Made by a program: the position numbers and the translations under genes. The notes below the pieces were generated by a model that was given only the letters and a program-made list of their open reading frames with translations, was not told the origin of the DNA and searched no databases. From IMG/VR virus record IMGVR_UViG_3300028048_000125: DNA of 20,000 bases; one strand, written 5' to 3'. Positions 7,884 to 17,101 of this stretch are shown one piece after another; position 1 is the first letter of the stretch, and each line of letters begins with the position of its first letter. This DNA is from an uncultured virus (IMG/VR IMGVR_UViG_3300028048_000125). Lineage: Duplodnaviria > Heunggongvirae > Uroviricota > Caudoviricetes.

Positions 7884-8825
7884 ATCCTGAATCACGGGGT
7901 CATTCCCATCGAATCCTTCATCCGACTGAGCCCTGCAAGCATTCATATAGCGGACACAACCGACAACCTTTGCCCACTGCTTCCAGTCGTCATACTGAAT
8001 CTCACCACCTTGGTTGATAAAGACCTTGTAGTACAAATTGCAGACAGCCGCCCGTGTATTCTGTCTGTAACGACGGCTGGCATTATAGCCCTTACCATCC
8101 TGACGGATGACGATACCGAGCTGTCGCGGACTGGAATGCGGAGCACCTCTGAATACACAACGATCTTTCATGTGGTTAAGCTCCAAGCCTAATGTGTTCT
8201 TGATAATGGTTTCAACACCCATAAGGAACCAGACGAATGGATTCTTGCTGTGAGACTCGTGTGTCTTTTTCAGCATCTCTTCCATCTCTTTGCTTACATG
8301 CTCCAACGAAAACAGCATATCATCAGCATATCTGGTATAGACGAACCCGTGCTCCTTGGCATAGCTGGCAATCATGTTGTCAGCGTCGAACATGGCGATA
8401 TTCGTCAGCATCGGGCTAGCAGGGCCGCCTTGCGGTATCTGGCCATTGCATACGCAAACGCGCATGATACCGTCGACATACGGCTTAGCCACATAACCGT
8501 CCAGCATCTTCGCAGCTGCCATCGACGGCGGACAATTGTCAAAGAACGACTTGACATCACAGCTCACCCAGCAACGGGGTGTCCTTGAGTGTTTGACGAT
8601 CGATGTCATGCAGCCACGATACGGGATGAACCCATGCGCACATGCGGATACTTTAATAGTGCCTGCCCTGATCAAGGCATACAGATAATCCAGCACGTCC
8701 TTCTGCACTTCTTTAAGGGCATCATTCGGGATTTTGATATCCCTGAATTCACCCGGCGTCTTCTTTGGAATACGCCCATCCCGCCACGTTGTGTCAACAT
8801 GATTGAGATCGTAGAGGTTTAACAT
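7884..8825 (-). CDS. Retron-like reverse transcriptase, exon 1 (about 335 aa when spliced)
   Basis: IPKK..GEFRDIKIP...LKEVQ, AHGF, CDVKSFFD, IPQGGPASPMLTN, YTRYADD, QLGIVI; no maturase/endonuclease extension. Confidence 0.92.
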
Positions 8826-9352
8826 TGGAATACCTTAAATGTTATACGGTTAAAGACCACGACATAGAGGAGGGTATCTATGTCCCTGAATTTGAGAGTA
8901 TAATCGTAGAAAACCCCTCCACTACGACTATCAAGAAAGCAACGATTGAGATGATACCTGTGCTGAAACCACGTGGAGGCACAAGCATCACAGAGACCAG
9001 TCTTGTCTTTCTACACGAGGCCGAGAAATCCGACAAAGAATCCAAAGACCATATTATCATAGCTATAGACCCCAATAGGTGGAAGCTATGCTATAAGACC
9101 AATAAACTGGCTATTCTGGATCCTTGCGGCTTTCATGGTCACATGCTGCTGGTTGTTGACAAGAGCATGGAACAGATACTAATAAAAGCCGACGACCGCA
9201 AGCTATCCCTGCAGTTCAGCAACAATAAGCTTACGATCGCCGGTTGTCAGCGCTCTGCACTTTTGCGCTCGGCTATCACGAGACAGCTAAGCGCCGCAGA
9301 CGCTAGAATGTCATCATCTGAATATCGCACAACTGATCCCACATCTGAGTAA
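8825..9352 (+). CDS. Hypothetical protein (175 aa), only credible plus-strand gene
   Basis: Open for 175 codons across a region with no long minus-strand ORF; TTG start with GAGG upstream; protein-like composition; start overlaps the RT ATG head-to-head. Confidence 0.6.
   Translation: MEYLKCYTVKDHDIEEGIYVPEFESIIVENPSTTTIKKATIEMIPVLKPRGGTSITETSLVFLHEAEKSDKESKDHIIIAIDPNRWKLCYKTNKLAILDPCGFHGHMLLVVDKSMEQILIKADDRKLSLQFSNNKLTIAGCQRSALLRSAITRQLSAADARMSSSEYRTTDPTSE
8852..9170 (-). ncRNA. Candidate structured RNA leader / RT-associated ncRNA
   Basis: Consecutive stem-loops at 8861-8884, 8900-8931, 8952-8990, 9003-9036, 9058-9090, 9142-9169; three A.C mismatches on + become G.U pairs on the minus strand. 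Confidence 0.5.
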
Positions 9353-9914
9353 GGATCTGCTTATTAGATTCCACAGGCAAAAGGTCTGTATAAGGATCCA
9401 CTACGATATTACAAGATTTCATCAGTCGCTTGAACGGCGGAGGCTGACCCACCATCTTACCAGCAAGTGCTTCCAGCTCAGGCAGCGTGCAGATCTTATC
9501 TAGGTCTTCCGCTGGCAGTGCTAACCTCGACATTGCCAGCTTCATAATCAGTGGCAGATCATGCACATATCCCGGTACACAATCCGCCATATCGGTCAGA
9601 GCACTGGCCTGGAATGCCGGATTATAGCTGAATGCCGTATTCTCTTTGAACAATCTGTTCACTTCCTCCGAGAACTCCTCAGCCTGTAGTCCATACGTCG
9701 ACAGTGTATGCATCGTTATTCTATGGTAATCAATACCATTCAATGCGCAGCTTGCCGGAGCAGAGTAAAAGACAGTCCCGGATTCGTGTGGTGTTTTGAT
9801 AATCTCATAGGAGACCGCCAGCAGGCAGTCATCCGGATTGACACCAGTTGTTGCTGTTGAAAATAGCATGGGTGGCCGCTTCAACAGCGACTGCAGATAC
9901 TCACCCCACGTCAT
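9303..9914 (-). CDS. DnaQ/DEDD 3'-5' exonuclease-fold protein, catalytically degenerate
   Basis: LFSTATTG (cf. FDTETTG), YHRIT (cf. HGIT), SYNPAFQ (cf. HNxxFD). Confidence 0.6.
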   Translation of the reverse strand: MTWGEYLQSLLKRPPMLFSTATTGVNPDDCLLAVSYEIIKTPHESGTVFYSAPASCALNGIDYHRITMHTLSTYGLQAEEFSEEVNRLFKENTAFSYNPAFQASALTDMADCVPGYVHDLPLIMKLAMSRLALPAEDLDKICTLPELEALAGKMVGQPPPFKRLMKSCNIVVDPYTDLLPVESNKQILTQMWDQLCDIQMMTF

Positions 9915-10665
9915 CGCCTACCTCCAATGCTGTTTTGATTTGCCAATGGTTTCTGGATGCCTCTGCAGCAAATGATTTCAGCGGCAGCGTGAACACCAAG
10001 CTGCCATTTGTTGCAGGAATCCCTTTAGCGGCCACTACACAGCAGCCACCCGCACAAATGTATTCTGCCGGACAGATATAGCCGTCTTCCTTGTACTGCC
10101 CGAACAGTTCCAAGTTGTCGTGAAACTTCTTGAGAAGCTGTTCAGTGCTGTCACCCTTTTCTCCGCCAATAGCACGGATCAGTGTTGCTGAAAAGATGGG
10201 CTTCAGCGTCTCAGGCTTTTTGGAGATCCTATACAGGTCTGGAAGATGCACCTGATATGCGCTGTAGATCGTACCAGTGGCCATAGACATGATTCGCTGC
10301 TCAAGCCATTTCGGACAATGATCTTCATCGACCTCGCGCCACTCACAGAACCTGGTCTGTGTTGCCGTTTCTCCATTCTTCAGCATGTTGGATGGCACGT
10401 TAATGCCAACACGGTTGCTGCCTGAGATAATGGTCATAAGATCGCGATCGCGAAAAGCTACGACAGGCCTGCCATGCACCTGATATACAATAGGAGCCGC
10501 TGACGAATAGAAGACGTGACCTCGTGAACAGGATAGCACATTCAGTCGCAGATTGGATAGCAGCAGATAATCACCTGCTATGCGCTTATGACCTCCTGTC
10601 CATTTGAATACGGCAACATCTTCCAGACGGCGCAGCTTTACCATCTTGTCATGGAAGTTAATCAC
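9901..10665 (-). CDS. Hypothetical protein
   Basis: 254-aa ORF; GTGA start/stop overlap with the upstream gene. Confidence 0.75.
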   Translation of the reverse strand: MINFHDKMVKLRRLEDVAVFKWTGGHKRIAGDYLLLSNLRLNVLSCSRGHVFYSSAAPIVYQVHGRPVVAFRDRDLMTIISGSNRVGINVPSNMLKNGETATQTRFCEWREVDEDHCPKWLEQRIMSMATGTIYSAYQVHLPDLYRISKKPETLKPIFSATLIRAIGGEKGDSTEQLLKKFHDNLELFGQYKEDGYICPAEYICAGGCCVVAAKGIPATNGSLVFTLPLKSFAAEASRNHWQIKTALEVGDDVG

Positions 10666-11408
10666 TCGTCTGTCTTCTCCACGGTAAGATAGGGCGTCTG
10701 GTAATCCGGATATGCCAGCGCCACTGCGATTTGTTGCTCGTCCGTCAGCTTCTCAGCATCTGGTGACTTGAAGAAAGCATCACATGCTGCAGCCAGACTA
10801 TGCCATGAGCCGTCTCCTTCATGTGCAATGAAAATCGATGCCAGATCCTTGATATTCTCCATGATCTGCTCGGTTTCCTCGCAGACCACTTTGCCATTGG
10901 GGTCTGTAACAGGTTCTTCATCATACTGCTCCACAACATCGTTGAAGGCAGCGTAGATGATCTCCTGCTTGTCTTTTGGCAATTGCTGCAGAAGCGCTGC
11001 TTCCTGAGCAGTATTTAGCATCCCCTTGATTGCCTTTCCGTCGGTCTTAACATCACGACGAGTAAAAAGGAGATACAGGCAGTTCAGCAAAGAGATCATG
11101 ATGGTTTGCCAGACCGCTCTCACCGAGGGTCTGACCTTATTGATTGCATTGGCGAAATCCATCGCCTGCTGGAGAAGACTTGTTGGATCTTCTGCGGCAC
11201 GAATCTGAAGAATGTGATAGCATTTCGCCAGATATTCGTACTCTTTCTTGAGAGACTCGTCCTTGGTGGTCTCCATCAGGATATCCAGCGTGACTTTTGC
11301 CGCAGTCGGGAATATCGCTCGGATATCCGTCTGCGGATCATAGTAGGTCGAGTCGCCCTTGGAACGTACTCTTGTAAAATGGAGTACAGTTGGTTTTTCT
11401 TCGTTCAT
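10662..11408 (-). CDS. Hypothetical protein
   Basis: Likely start MNEEK at 11408 (ATGA overlap with upstream stop) rather than 11444. Confidence 0.75.
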   Translation of the reverse strand: MNEEKPTVLHFTRVRSKGDSTYYDPQTDIRAIFPTAAKVTLDILMETTKDESLKKEYEYLAKCYHILQIRAAEDPTSLLQQAMDFANAINKVRPSVRAVWQTIMISLLNCLYLLFTRRDVKTDGKAIKGMLNTAQEAALLQQLPKDKQEIIYAAFNDVVEQYDEEPVTDPNGKVVCEETEQIMENIKDLASIFIAHEGDGSWHSLAAACDAFFKSPDAEKLTDEQQIAVALAYPDYQTPYLTVEKTDE

Positions 11409-12127
11409 TCTTTTGTCTCCGGAAGCCAGATTGCCAGTGCGCACTGCTCAATCGTTTTAGGGCAGGTATTGCATGGCCTGAACGGCGTACACTTGCGAAC
11501 GTTACGCCGGGCTTCGGTTAATTCGCGGTTATATTTCTTTTCGTCATCCGTGCACTTCCAGTCCAGCACTTTCAGCTGGTCTCCTTGCATCTCGATGACG
11601 AGCGAAGCCCTCATACCAGATACTTCCTCAATGGCCGGGTTCAGACTTTTGCAGCCTGAATGCCGTTGCAGGAAGAACTGAAGTTGCCTGGGCGTGAAAG
11701 AACTCCTATATATTATGCCAGCAGAAATGCCATTTCTTAACTTCATTTCCACCGTCAGGTATAGTTTATCTTTCACGACCTCACGCCTCTTATCTATACC
11801 TGTAAACACTACTGATGCGTCTATGGATGTACCATCCCATATCGGTATGGGCATTCCCTCCATAATGAAGTGGAAGTTGGCCAATACACGATAGGAATTA
11901 CTTACCAACAGTTTTCTTGTCAGCTGCTGTCCCATAAGGTGTTCAGTAGACACAACCAGCTGATTCCACTGATGGTCTTTCAGCTTTTGTTTGTAGCAGG
12001 CATTCTTAAGAAGCGTACAATAGGCCGACAAAGCCTGTTTATCGCAGACTTTGCCGACCAGTTCGTTCAGTTTGTCCGATATGAGAGCGAAACGCTTACT
12101 TACTACGTTTGCGCTTGGAGCCTGCAC
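11405..12127 (-). CDS. Hypothetical protein with C-terminal Cys4 cluster
   Basis: Basic 240-aa ORF ending CTPFRPCNTCPKTIEQC (possible Zn or Fe-S site). Confidence 0.75.
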   Translation of the reverse strand: MQAPSANVVSKRFALISDKLNELVGKVCDKQALSAYCTLLKNACYKQKLKDHQWNQLVVSTEHLMGQQLTRKLLVSNSYRVLANFHFIMEGMPIPIWDGTSIDASVVFTGIDKRREVVKDKLYLTVEMKLRNGISAGIIYRSSFTPRQLQFFLQRHSGCKSLNPAIEEVSGMRASLVIEMQGDQLKVLDWKCTDDEKKYNRELTEARRNVRKCTPFRPCNTCPKTIEQCALAIWLPETKE

Positions 12128-13121
12128 CGAGCACCTCCACTGCCTGAAGGCTCTGCAGTTCCACCAGCATGTCTCCCAGGTATTCGATCATCTTTTTGGA
12201 CTGATCGATTGCCTGCTCAACATCGACCTTGAATCTGTCAAGGAGTTCCTGAGCATCAGGCACGGAGTCAGTGATAGCGAAATCAGCCATCGCATCGCAT
12301 ACCTGAACCGTATTTTCCTCGCTGGAGAAGTACTTGGTCTCTTTCAGGATCTTCTTGATGGCACCCACGCCGGCGGCATAAGCAGGACCCGCGATCTCTT
12401 CAAGGCTTGTGGCAACCTCTGAAGGGTTTGTTGTGGCCTCTTCGATCATGTTGTCCGGCTTCAGTGCATCACGAATGGCAAGCTTGAATGCCCTGGTGGC
12501 ACGTTCCATATTGATGACATCAGCAGTATCCTGCGTAGCTTCAATAAAGGTACGGATGATCTGCTTGCAAAGATCCTGGTCACGGATTTGGGCCAGCTTG
12601 CGCAGTGTCGTCGTATTGCAACCCTCGCGCATACCCAGCAGATAACAGTCCTGCAGAGTCAGGCGAGTGCCAACAGCCCTCAGCTGGTACACATACGGTA
12701 CAGAGCGGTTGATGCGTTCTGCAATACGTTTGCACGCACCATTTCCATACGACGATCCAGTGATCGCGATATCCGCATTATGCCCCATTTTCCAATAGTA
12801 GCCAAGCGCGGCGGAGTTGGTGGATAGCCTAGACACAAGGCCGACTTTCTGGCTCTCGCCAATATCAGCCATACAGCTGTTGATGTAATCTGCAAGCTGA
12901 TCGGCGTCCTGGAAATGCTGCACGACGTCCTCATCCTTATTAAGGGTGAAGCCATGGAACACTTCCCGCATCTGCTTGGCGATCTTCTCGTCGGTTACAT
13001 CTTCATACGTGGGAAGTGACAGCTTTACAATCAGATCATCCTGATCCTCCAGCGTCAGCTCCCCTTTGTCATAGACCTGCAACGAGGTCTGTTCGTCGAG
13101 TTCGAGATCTTCGTCACTCAT
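12096..13121 (-). CDS. Hypothetical helical protein, possible HTH DNA-binding segment
   Basis: 341-aa ORF; YYWKMG...SYGNGACKRIAERINRSVPYVYQLR resembles an HTH / DUF1016 N-terminal-like pattern (weak). Confidence 0.7.
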   Translation of the reverse strand: MSDEDLELDEQTSLQVYDKGELTLEDQDDLIVKLSLPTYEDVTDEKIAKQMREVFHGFTLNKDEDVVQHFQDADQLADYINSCMADIGESQKVGLVSRLSTNSAALGYYWKMGHNADIAITGSSYGNGACKRIAERINRSVPYVYQLRAVGTRLTLQDCYLLGMREGCNTTTLRKLAQIRDQDLCKQIIRTFIEATQDTADVINMERATRAFKLAIRDALKPDNMIEEATTNPSEVATSLEEIAGPAYAAGVGAIKKILKETKYFSSEENTVQVCDAMADFAITDSVPDAQELLDRFKVDVEQAIDQSKKMIEYLGDMLVELQSLQAVEVLGAGSKRKRSK

Positions 13122-13629
13122 AACTCTTCTCCTTTGGATTAAAGATGTTTGGCAATCTCAGCGGTGCATCGTCAATCTTGAAGATATGCAGTTCATCCTC
13201 ACCATTACGGAACCAAATGTCATACTGGCAATTGTCATAGGATGTTTGCATATTGGTGATAACGATGGAACGCAGTCCTGCAACAAGCACAAGGCAGGCC
13301 TCCTTATTACGGGAGACCTCCTTGCATTTAAGGAACAGCTCAAGCAGCGGACTCTTGGGAAAGTTCAGGATGGCTGCTGCAACATCTTTTACAGGCATAC
13401 GCTTGAAGAAGACGTTGTTCGGCAATCCAAGCCCATCACACAGTGCATCAACGGTATAAGGTAGGCGGTTCCCCAACTCGCCTACCACAGCCATCATATC
13501 TGCACGTGTTCTGGTAAACAGCTTCCAGTGATCCGCTATGAAACATATGATGTCATTGGACTTCTGCTGTCGCTTTTCCTGCTTATACGCTTGGGCAATA
13601 TCACCCATGAACGCTTTGATGTCGTCCAT
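13114..13629 (-). CDS. Hypothetical protein
   Basis: 171-aa ORF; start overlaps the RecA-like stop. Confidence 0.75.
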   Translation of the reverse strand: MDDIKAFMGDIAQAYKQEKRQQKSNDIICFIADHWKLFTRTRADMMAVVGELGNRLPYTVDALCDGLGLPNNVFFKRMPVKDVAAAILNFPKSPLLELFLKCKEVSRNKEACLVLVAGLRSIVITNMQTSYDNCQYDIWFRNGEDELHIFKIDDAPLRLPNIFNPKEKSYE

Positions 13630-14909
13630 CAGCTTTCACCTGCCAGCTTATCAATCAGATCCGTAGCAGGAGCCTCTTCTGGCAGACTTACTGGTACAGC
13701 CTTACGAATGCGCTTCTTGGTTACGGTCACTTCGACTGGTGTTTCAGGTTCTGCGTGGAAAGTGCCATCCTTCTTGCTCTTGAGATATGCCTTATAGCTG
13801 CTGAGATCCTTGATCTTGTCAATCTTCTGGTACACGTAGAGTGCATCCAGCGTCTTGCTGTTAGCAGGATCGAACAAGGCTGCCTCGAATTCCTCAGCGG
13901 GCACACTCTTGAGATTGAAGGTCGGACATGTCACGAGGCCGCTATCTGCAACCTTAACATCACAGATGTCACGGATCTCACCGACGCCTTTTTCAGGGTC
14001 TGCCAGACATTTGGCTGTTGCAAGTGCCCAGTCAAAGTGATGACCGTAGCCTGCCTTCTCGGTACCATACTTGTTCCAGCGGAACGCCACTTCGATCTTA
14101 CGGGCATCTGCAAATGACAGCTTGGTTGTTCTGAGCGTCAGGATTTTTCCATCACCTGATGCAAGTGCTTTATAGCTGGAGCTTATCATGCATCCGTCTT
14201 TGAACACCTGTGACTTGCCGCCAGTGACTGTCTTCTGCGGAGGGCCATATGCAGCGGCTGCAGCTTCCTTCTCCTGGTTAATGCATACGACTACCATTGG
14301 TATGTCACCAATGAGTGCACCCGCATTTTCGCAGAAGTATTTCATGAAGTGCGCCTTCTCATAGAAGCCTTTGCCAGCTACGCCATCGCTCTCAAGCTTC
14401 GACAGTGTATCACTGGCAGCTGCACCGCCAATAGAGTCAAGCCCGAGTATGATCGGAGTTTCACAACTCCCCATATGCTTACGATACATGGGGATGATCT
14501 TCTTGCAGATATGCTTGAATGCGCCGTCAAGAGTCAGATCCTTGATCACACTGAACCGCTCATAGACGTCTTCGCCATAGTTGGCCATAACACCTTCGAG
14601 CAGCGTGGGACTGATCTTGTCTTCGAGCTCATACAGGAACCCCAGACCTCCAAGTCCTCCGTTTTCTGGTGAGGCACAGACGTGACCCATAAGATCAAAC
14701 AGTAGTGGAGACTTGCATGCCTGAGGCATGCCGCTAATGGAATTGAATACTTTGATGCGCAGCCCTGTTGCACCGAACAGATATTGCTGCGCATAGTGAG
14801 CCAGAGGAAACCCGTACTGGTTCTCTTTAAGCTCCTTGACAGAGGTTACAATGCCCCCATCATCCTTGCGCAGCGCCTCCATCATAGAGTGGATTGCTGA
14901 TACGCCCAT
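13629..14909 (-). CDS. RecA/UvsX-like recombinase, divergent
   Basis: Walker A-like GMPQACKS, YELEDK, Walker B IILGLDSIG, VVVCINQ, TGGKSQVF; located next to SSB-like and polymerase genes. Confidence 0.8.
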   Translation of the reverse strand: MGVSAIHSMMEALRKDDGGIVTSVKELKENQYGFPLAHYAQQYLFGATGLRIKVFNSISGMPQACKSPLLFDLMGHVCASPENGGLGGLGFLYELEDKISPTLLEGVMANYGEDVYERFSVIKDLTLDGAFKHICKKIIPMYRKHMGSCETPIILGLDSIGGAAASDTLSKLESDGVAGKGFYEKAHFMKYFCENAGALIGDIPMVVVCINQEKEAAAAAYGPPQKTVTGGKSQVFKDGCMISSSYKALASGDGKILTLRTTKLSFADARKIEVAFRWNKYGTEKAGYGHHFDWALATAKCLADPEKGVGEIRDICDVKVADSGLVTCPTFNLKSVPAEEFEAALFDPANSKTLDALYVYQKIDKIKDLSSYKAYLKSKKDGTFHAEPETPVEVTVTKKRIRKAVPVSLPEEAPATDLIDKLAGES

Positions 14910-16357
14910 CAGAACGCCTCGCTATCCTCTGGGAGGTTGGGATCCATATAGTCTTCAAGGTCATTGTCATTCAGGAGATCCTGGGCGAGCGATGCCTGTC
15001 CAGTTGTCGGCTGTTGTGCCTTATGGATACCGTTGAGTGCAGCTGCCAGTTTATCCTTGTCGATAGTCGCGTTTGCGCGCAGACCTGCAAATGTGGCTTT
15101 CGGCTTAGGTGCAGCTGTGAAGCCCGCGGAGAGCGCGGCCTCTGCAGGGTTGGCAGGCGCAGCGGGCGCCTTGGGGGCAAATCCCTGGGGAGCAAACCCG
15201 GCCGCAGCCTGCTTAGGCATGCCGAAGGAGCGGGTAGCCGGAGAGGGGCTGGCAGCCGGACGACTGGGTGCAGAGAAGGAGGTTGCAGAGGATCCGGAGA
15301 CAAAGCGAGCGTAGCGGCCGAGGCCTGCGTTCTTGATCTCACCAGGCAGTTCGAGCCCGTTGAAGATAGGATCCGTGCCGATGAAATAGTTCACAGAGTC
15401 TGCACCGAATTCCTGTGCAAGGAACTGGCACTGCTCCTGAGCTGTCAGGTACTGCAGCAGATCGTCCCAGGGGATCCACCAGCTCTTAATCTCCTCCTCG
15501 GACAGCGGCCACGGAGTGGGTGTCCATCCTTTAGTCGGGCCCTGGACAGACGGCTTCAGCATCCTGACACCCGTAGTAGGATCCTGGCTGGGATTCAGGA
15601 ACAGGATACGACCATCCGCTTCACCCATGCCACCAAGGCGGTTATTAGTCGATGCATCCAGCGGCTTACCGGGATCCATCGGCTCGACAAGCCCCTTCAT
15701 AAGCTCCATAAGCGACTGACGGCCATCCACACCTACCACAGTAAGCAGCGGCAGAGTATTGCCATTCTCGTCAACAAGCGGATTACCATTGTCATCCTTG
15801 GTGTCGGCTCCGTTGCGCTTGAACACCAGAGCCTGCATGAGGAGAGCCATCTTCGGATACTTGATGGGACCATCCTTAGCACACCACTGGCGCATCTCGT
15901 CAGTTACCTGGAACTTGGTGCGCTTACCCTTGTCTGCATTGAGGACAGAGTTAGCCACGTTCTTGACAAACATGTTGATCACAGTGTCGCCATGATACCG
16001 CATCGCATCTTCAGACTTCGGATCGTAGGACGTGATAAACGTCTGGTTGCGAGCGCCGAAGTTACTGACGACTGATGCCGTCATGAACGTGTCTGACAGA
16101 TAATGGTCATAGCCGTCATCCGGGGAGAACTCGTTCACGTTGATGTTCTGGCGATACACCTGTCCTGTGGCACGATCATAGCCAGGAATAATACGCAGGA
16201 TCTGCTCCCTCGTACTCCAGCACGTCATGCTGCGATAGCCGTTAGTCTGATACGGCAGTCCAGGAATTTCATAGCCCTTCCTGTAGCTGGGCTTTACGAA
16301 TGACAAGAACGGACCAGACTGCGACCGTCTTGTAGGTTGTTGGAACGCTGTGTACAT
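14909..16357 (-). CDS. Putative single-stranded DNA-binding protein
   Basis: Likely start MYTAFQ at 16357, just after the polymerase stop; ILRIIPG strand; Ala/Pro-rich linker; acidic tail ending in Phe (EDYMDPNLPEDSEAF); between pol and recA-like genes. ORF is solid, function inferred. Confidence 0.55.
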   Translation of the reverse strand: MYTAFQQPTRRSQSGPFLSFVKPSYRKGYEIPGLPYQTNGYRSMTCWSTREQILRIIPGYDRATGQVYRQNINVNEFSPDDGYDHYLSDTFMTASVVSNFGARNQTFITSYDPKSEDAMRYHGDTVINMFVKNVANSVLNADKGKRTKFQVTDEMRQWCAKDGPIKYPKMALLMQALVFKRNGADTKDDNGNPLVDENGNTLPLLTVVGVDGRQSLMELMKGLVEPMDPGKPLDASTNNRLGGMGEADGRILFLNPSQDPTTGVRMLKPSVQGPTKGWTPTPWPLSEEEIKSWWIPWDDLLQYLTAQEQCQFLAQEFGADSVNYFIGTDPIFNGLELPGEIKNAGLGRYARFVSGSSATSFSAPSRPAASPSPATRSFGMPKQAAAGFAPQGFAPKAPAAPANPAEAALSAGFTAAPKPKATFAGLRANATIDKDKLAAALNGIHKAQQPTTGQASLAQDLLNDNDLEDYMDPNLPEDSEAF

Positions 16358-16361
16358 AGCG

Positions 16362-17024
16362 TTAGCCTTTCTGCGCTGTTCGCGCGTCGTGTAGTGATTG
16401 GACGAAGGGCGGCTCTTCCAGAATGGGGAGGCCGTCTGGGGTCCATTCAAGGGAGTCGAAAGTTTTCGCCTTCTTATCCCAATGTAGCATGCAGGATGAT
16501 TCTACACTAACCTTTACGTCAGTGATAAGAGAGCACATGCCCTGCAACATGAGCTTCTCAATGATAGGAATATGAGTTTGTAACTCATTGGGCCACAACC
16601 AGTAAACGAATTCGTCATGAATAAATGCGACCAAACGGTCAGCATATCCATTGTATACTAGATTCCAGCCGGCGAGCTTGGCTCCAAGGGCAACCTCTGC
16701 CTGAAACATATAATTCAGACTTGAGTTGAACGAACAGCGATCACGCATCTGACCACACTTCAATATAGCCATATACGCATGCTTTTTCTTGTCCTTTGGA
16801 TCCTCGTCTTCTTCTGAGTCCTCATCTCCCATCTGCCGAGTCATGCCGTAAGCATTGAAAGGAAGATCTGCACGTTTTGAGCGCAGCGGTATCTTATGCT
16901 GCTGCATTTCCGTGAAGGTCTCCTCCCAGGCTTTAACCATTTCCTCGGCTTGCTGCATAGTCAATTCAATGCCTTGACTACGGCAGTGTTGGTAGAATCG
17001 CAAAGCTTGCATTCCACCTGGTAA
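16362..17024 (-). CDS. polA: Family A DNA polymerase, exon 3 (LPGGMQ... to stop)
   Basis: Begins TTA CCA GGT GGA ATG right after intron G 17025; contains LNYMFQA and motif C LVAFIHDEF. Confidence 0.9.
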   Translation of the reverse strand, partial: LPGGMQALRFYQHCRSQGIELTMQQAEEMVKAWEETFTEMQQHKIPLRSKRADLPFNAYGMTRQMGDEDSEEDEDPKDKKKHAYMAILKCGQMRDRCSFNSSLNYMFQAEVALGAKLAGWNLVYNGYADRLVAFIHDEFVYWLWPNELQTHIPIIEKLMLQGMCSLITDVKVSVESSCMLHWDKKAKTFDSLEWTPDGLPILEEPPFVQSLHDARTAQKG

Positions 17025-17101
17025 CAGTTGTGTTATCGGACAAGCTTTTTATCCTATCCTTCAGCGTCTTTCTGTCTATACACGCTGCTCAGCATATCTT
17101 T

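Noticed and set aside
7884..8825. RT as a group II intron maturase, DGR RT or CRISPR-associated RT
   Set aside because: No maturase domain or group II boundaries, no template/variable repeat pair seen, no cas1 or array in the window.
8852..9100. AGACCA recurrences as a CRISPR-like array
   Set aside because: Only 6 nt, irregular spacing; kept only as a supporting observation for a structured RNA.
16358..16450. Upstream start (16450) for the SSB-like gene
   Set aside because: Would overlap the polymerase end by about 90 nt; ATG 16357 has an SD-like AAAGG and follows the polymerase stop.
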